Assembly: GCA_963798845.1 (NCBI GenBank)
Contig: CAWCUS010000006.1
Span: forward strand, 288,001 to 352,000
Direction: 5' to 3'
Source: an uncultured Gemmatimonadales bacterium
GTDB lineage: Bacteria > Gemmatimonadota > Gemmatimonadetes > Longimicrobiales > RSA9
DNA length: 64,000 nucleotides
Positions 60,041 through 64,000 of the stretch are shown one piece after another. The notes beneath the pieces are model-generated. The model saw nothing but the letters and a program-made list of their open reading frames with translations, ran no database searches and was not told the DNA's origin. Position 1 is the first letter of the stretch, and each line of letters opens with the position of its first letter. The translations under genes were made by a program, and so were the position numbers.

Positions 60041-61525
60041 GCCTGGCCTCGCGCTTCCCGCTCGTCCGGGCCGGAGCGCGCGTCGAGCGGCGGACCGGGC
60101 CAGGAATCCCGCTCCCTGTGGCTCAGACGCACGTGCACCTGGGGAAAGCGCGTCTGCAGGTGGGCCGCGAGCCGCTCGGCCATGTACACCGACCGGTGCT
60201 GGCCGCCGGTGCAGCCGAAGGAGACGGTGAGGCTGCTGAAGCCGCGGCGAAGGTACTCCTCCACCTGGGCGTCCACCATTTGCTGGACCCCCCGCCAGAA
60301 GGCGTGGGACTCCTCTCGCGCCTCGATGTACTGGATCACCGACTCGTCCAGTCCCGACCGGTCACTGTAGCGCAGGTGACGACCGGGATTGGGCAGGGCC
60401 CGGCAGTCGAACACGAACCCGCCGCCGTGACCGCTCGAGTCCTGTGGATAGCCCCGCCTGTAGCTGAAGCTGATCACCCGTACCGTGAGTCCCGCCTCCT
60501 GCTCGTCCTCCGTGTAGCCGGCGTACCGCTCCACGATGCGCCGGAACACGGCCTCCAGCTCGGGCGTGGACACGGGAAGCCCGTCCTCCACCAGCTCGCC
60601 CAGATTGCGCGCGGCGTGCGGCACGCTCTGCAAGAAGCGCGGCTTCCGCTCATAGAACCCGCGATACCCGTACGCCCCCAGGGCCTGGAGTACCCGCACC
60701 ACCACGAACCCCTGGAAAAGCTCGCGGAAGGATGCGGCGTCCACCGCGACGTGGCCGGCAAGCGCGTCCAGATAGTGGTCGAGGAGCCGGCCCCGGACGG
60801 CCATCGGCAGGTCCGCCTTCGCGTCGTAGAGGAGCGACGCGACGTCGTAATGCAGCGCGCCTCTCCGCCCGCCCTGGAAGTCGATGAACCACGGACTCCC
60901 TTCCCGCAGCATGATATTCCGGGACTGGAAGTCCCGGTACAGGAAGTGGCTCGCGTCGGCCCGGAGCAGGAAACCCGTCAGCGCGTCGAAGTCGTGCTCG
61001 AGCAGCTGCTCGCTGAAGGGAATGTGCGCCAGCTTGAGGAAATGGTACTTGAAGTAGTTCAGATCCCAGCGGATCGACTGCTCGTCGAACGCATCGCGCG
61101 GATACGCCGCCCCGAAATCGATCCGGCGCCCGCCCTCCACCTGGAAGCGGGGAAGGTCCGTCAGCACTCGCCGGTAGATCGATTCCATCGCCGGCGGAAA
61201 TTCACCGGGGTCCCGCGCCCGTGCCTGCACCAGGGCATCGAACAGCGTGGTGTCACCGAGGTCTTCCTGCAGCCAGACCGACGCGGCCTCATCGTACCCG
61301 TACACGTCCGGCACCGGCAGTCCGGCCGCCCGGAACGTCCGGGCGAACGGAGATGAACGCCCGGTTCTCGTCGCGCTCGGGCCCGTAGGCGCCCACCGCC
61401 GTCTCCATGGCAGGCCCGATCAGCCGGTAGTAGACGCGCGTGGAGCCGTCCGCCCCCAGTTCCACTACGGAAGCGGGCTCTACTCCGAAATGTCGCTCGA
61501 AAAGCCTGAGAAGGGGACCGGTCAT
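60028..61525 (-). CDS. AmgK-like phosphotransferase fused to a RapZ C-terminal domain; one-base frameshift at about 61349
   Basis: ADGSTRVYYR...ENRAFIS in one frame, FARTF...QEDLGD, YRDFQSRNIM, IDFQG in another; C-terminal SFSYRRG, FVFDCRALPNPG, GCTGGQHRSV. Confidence 0.85.
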
Positions 61526-61709
61526 GCCGTCAGTATCGAAGGAATCGTCGCCCGCTACAAGGCGCACGGTGCATGCCGCGCCTCGCTCTTCCGCCGCCGC
61601 ACCGCGGTCCGCCCCCGTGCACCGGAGACCGCGCTCCACCCGCCACGATGAAACCCGCGAAAGTCCCGCCCGTATGGATGGCCAGGAAACGCAACCAGGG
61701 AGGGCTCAC

Positions 61710-61949
61710 ATGTCGGAAAACAAGTCAACGTTGAGCAGAATCGTCACCTGGGCGATTCTGGGCATCCTCGCAGTGATCGCGTTCAGACTGGCACTGCGCC
61801 TGTTCGGCTTCGTCGCGGGGCTGTTCGGCTTCGTCTTCGGATCCCTCATGTTCCTGCTTTTCACGGTCGGACCGGTCCTGCTTCTCGGATGGCTCGCCGT
61901 CAAGGCCTGGAAAGCGTTCACCCGGCCGACCCGCCTGACCACGGACTGA
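61710..61949 (+). CDS. Small membrane protein (79 aa)
   Basis: RBS GGGAGG; two hydrophobic segments. Confidence 0.75.
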   Translation: MSENKSTLSRIVTWAILGILAVIAFRLALRLFGFVAGLFGFVFGSLMFLLFTVGPVLLLGWLAVKAWKAFTRPTRLTTD

Positions 61950-61959
61950 AGCACAACAA

Positions 61960-61989
61960 GGCGCCGGCAGGCTTGAGCCCGCCGGCGCC
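61960..61989 (-). terminator. Intrinsic-terminator-like hairpin
   Basis: GGCGCCGGC-N12-GCCGGCGCC followed on the minus strand by TTGTTGT. Confidence 0.65.
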
Positions 61990-62140
61990 GCACCGCCATC
62001 TATGTGATTCACGCAGGGGACACCCCGTGAGGCTGTCCCCTCCGGTCGTCGGCCCCCCGCGGACCTCCGGTCCCTTTGTTCACCGCGCCCTCCGGGCGCG
62101 TCTACCGCGCGACTCCGCCGCGCTGGCTCGGGAGGCCGTC
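61990..62140 (-). ncRNA. Candidate structured sRNA/ssDNA element with repeated C(GGA)G triloop hairpins
   Basis: Three stem-loops with GGA loops at 62107-62123, 62084-62100 and 62061-62073, plus an 8-bp stem at 62015-62041. Confidence 0.4.
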
Positions 62141-62239
62141 GTATCTTCAGCAGAGTGAACATGAGACCGTCGAGCGAGTGCCGCAGTAGGGGAACGGTGG
62201 AAAGTTGGCGGCTTCACCTGTGGGGAGTTGCCCGACAGA

Positions 62240-63481
62240 TCAGTACCGGCTCTCGAGCCCCATGACGATCCGGACCGTGTCGCGCGCGATGAGGAGCTCC
62301 TCGTTGGTCGGGATCACCCAAGCCTCGAGGCGCGATCCTTCACGTGAGATGCGGCCGGAGGCCTCGCCCCGGATCTCGCTGTTGGCGGCGTCATCGAGCT
62401 CGAGCCCGAGCCATTCGAGCCCTTCCATGATGCAGGCGCGGATCAGGGGCGCGTTCTGTCCAATGCCTCCGGTGAAGACGACGCCGTCGGCGCCGCCCAT
62501 GGCGGCGAGATACGCGCCGATGTACTTGCGGGTCCGATAGCAGAAGATCTCGATTGCGAGTCGGGCCCTGCGGTCGTAGTGCTCGTCGGCCTCCTCGAGC
62601 AATTCGCGCATGTCGTTGGTGAGGCCCGAGATCCCGAGCAGCCCGGACTGCTTGTTCAGGAGGTTCTCCACCCCGCGCAGGTCGAGCCCCTCCTTCACGG
62701 AGATGTAGTCGAGCACTGCGGGATCGACGTCGCCGGATCGAGTCCCCATGACGAGGCCCTCGAGCGGCGTGAACCCCATGGAGGTGTCCACGCTGTTCCC
62801 GCCTCGGATGGCGCATGCCGAGCAGCCGTTGCCGAGGTGCAGTGTGATGATGTTGACGTCCTCGCGTCCCTTGCCCGTGAGCTGTCGGTAACGGTAGGCC
62901 ACGTAGCGGTGGGATGTGCCGTGGAACCCGTAGCGGCGGATCTTGTGGCGGCGATAGAGGGAGTAGGGGATCGCGTAGAGATAGGATGTTTCAGGCAGGG
63001 TGTGGTGGAAGGCAGTGTCGAAGACGGCCACCTGGGGCACCGCGCCGAGGGAGTCGCGGACCGCGCGCACGCCGGCGAGGTTGTACGGCATGTGGAGCGG
63101 TGCGAGGTCGAGGTGCTCTTCCAGCTGCTTGAGCACGCGCTCGTCGATGGCCACGGAGTGAGAGAAGGACTCGCCGCCGTGAACGACGCGGTGGCCGACC
63201 GCCTGGATCTCGGCGAGGCTCGCGATGTCCACCCCGCTCGCCTCGGATGTGAGCCACTTGAGGATCCAGTCGATGGCGGCGCGGATGTCGCGGATCGAGG
63301 CGGTCGTGCGCGTGTCCCCGTTCACCTCGGTCCAAAGGGACAGCACCGCCTCACCGCCGACGCGCTCCACGATCCCTCTCGCCAGCTGCTCGTCTCGGTC
63401 TTCATCGATCCGCTCCTTGTCGGTGCGGATCAGCTGGAACTTGACCGTGGACGATCCGACGTTCAGCACCAGGACGTTCAT
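62240..63481 (-). CDS. ackA: Acetate kinase
   Basis: [52 protein letters not shown]. Confidence 0.97.
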   Translation of the reverse strand: MNVLVLNVGSSTVKFQLIRTDKERIDEDRDEQLARGIVERVGGEAVLSLWTEVNGDTRTTASIRDIRAAIDWILKWLTSEASGVDIASLAEIQAVGHRVVHGGESFSHSVAIDERVLKQLEEHLDLAPLHMPYNLAGVRAVRDSLGAVPQVAVFDTAFHHTLPETSYLYAIPYSLYRRHKIRRYGFHGTSHRYVAYRYRQLTGKGREDVNIITLHLGNGCSACAIRGGNSVDTSMGFTPLEGLVMGTRSGDVDPAVLDYISVKEGLDLRGVENLLNKQSGLLGISGLTNDMRELLEEADEHYDRRARLAIEIFCYRTRKYIGAYLAAMGGADGVVFTGGIGQNAPLIRACIMEGLEWLGLELDDAANSEIRGEASGRISREGSRLEAWVIPTNEELLIARDTVRIVMGLESRY

Positions 63482-64000
63482 CTATGCCCTCCCGCCCGTG
63501 GGGCGCCCCCGGCTCCGGGCGCACGGCAATCAGGTTCGTTGATGGGGTCAAGATGACGGCGGTCCCGGCCAGCGGCAACGTTGGCGGACGCGGGGATGCG
63601 GACGGTCGGGGCTCCGCGATTCGCTTCGGGACATGGGCATCGCGGGGAGCGGCGGCGGGACCGGGGTATTCGAGCCTGCGGGCGCGGGGGCTGGTTGCCG
63701 GGCTGCGCTGGCGCCGGTATGATCGGGCATCCCCTGCACCCGCCCTGGCCCAATGATGCCTGTATCCGGCCGCCGGATCGTGAAGCGCGGACCATCCTGC
63801 CCGTGGAGAATGGCGCGGTGACCGAGGTGTTGGAGAACCTGCGCCTGCCCGGTCACGAGGCGGGGGTCCCGCCCTCTCCCTCCTCGCCCGCATAGCGAGC
63901 GACCCGCGTGCGCTGCGCTCTCGTGTGGGAGGACCGTCTGGCCGGGTATCGCTTCCGTCCCGGGCATCCACTGGATCCACGCCGTCTCGAGCTCACGGTC

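Noticed and set aside
61990..62240. SRP RNA, RNase P RNA, tmRNA or tRNA
   Set aside because: No SRP GGAA/AGCAG domain, no GAGGAAAGUCC, and no T-loop/CCA pattern on either strand.
63482..64000. Coding sequence at the right edge
   Set aside because: Several overlapping short ORFs on both strands, none with recognisable motifs; cannot choose one without flanking sequence.

Overview
This is a high-GC bacterial chromosome segment. Gene content (VPS10-type propeller proteins, carboxypeptidase-regulatory-like secreted proteins, a PIG-L/SSS cluster) suggests a Gemmatimonadota-like organism, which is an inference. About 57 CDS were identified, mostly housekeeping or envelope genes: a LuxC/LuxE-type acyl reductase/synthetase pair at the end of an NtrY/NtrX-like run, an orphan PilB/GspE ATPase, an ABC transporter, nfuA, a permuted aconitase-family enzyme, tdk, an Rrf2-nirK-FGE(NirV-like)-SCO cluster, photolyase, dodecin, nfo, a GH3 hydrolase, a SprT/macrodomain pair, rhomboid, AmgK/MurU-like genes and ackA. 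No rRNA, tRNA, CRISPR array, integrase or transposase was seen. The most notable region is about 44.1-51.3 kb. A GGA-rich leader precedes an unannotated 23-aa hydrophobic peptide ORF with a near-perfect Shine-Dalgarno, whose 3' flank is complementary to its own RBS. Directly after it is a low-GC cassette encoding a multi-TM HD-GYP phosphodiesterase, a possible second antisense peptide, and a frameshifted SARP/AAA/TPR regulator whose 3' end returns to host GC. This is a candidate swappable peptide-sensing c-di-GMP signalling module. Also notable are a cluster of C(GGA)G triloop hairpins downstream of ackA (candidate sRNA or ssDNA element) and a 25-bp hairpin tandem repeat upstream of the nirK cluster. 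All calls come from reading motifs by eye; no database searches were run.
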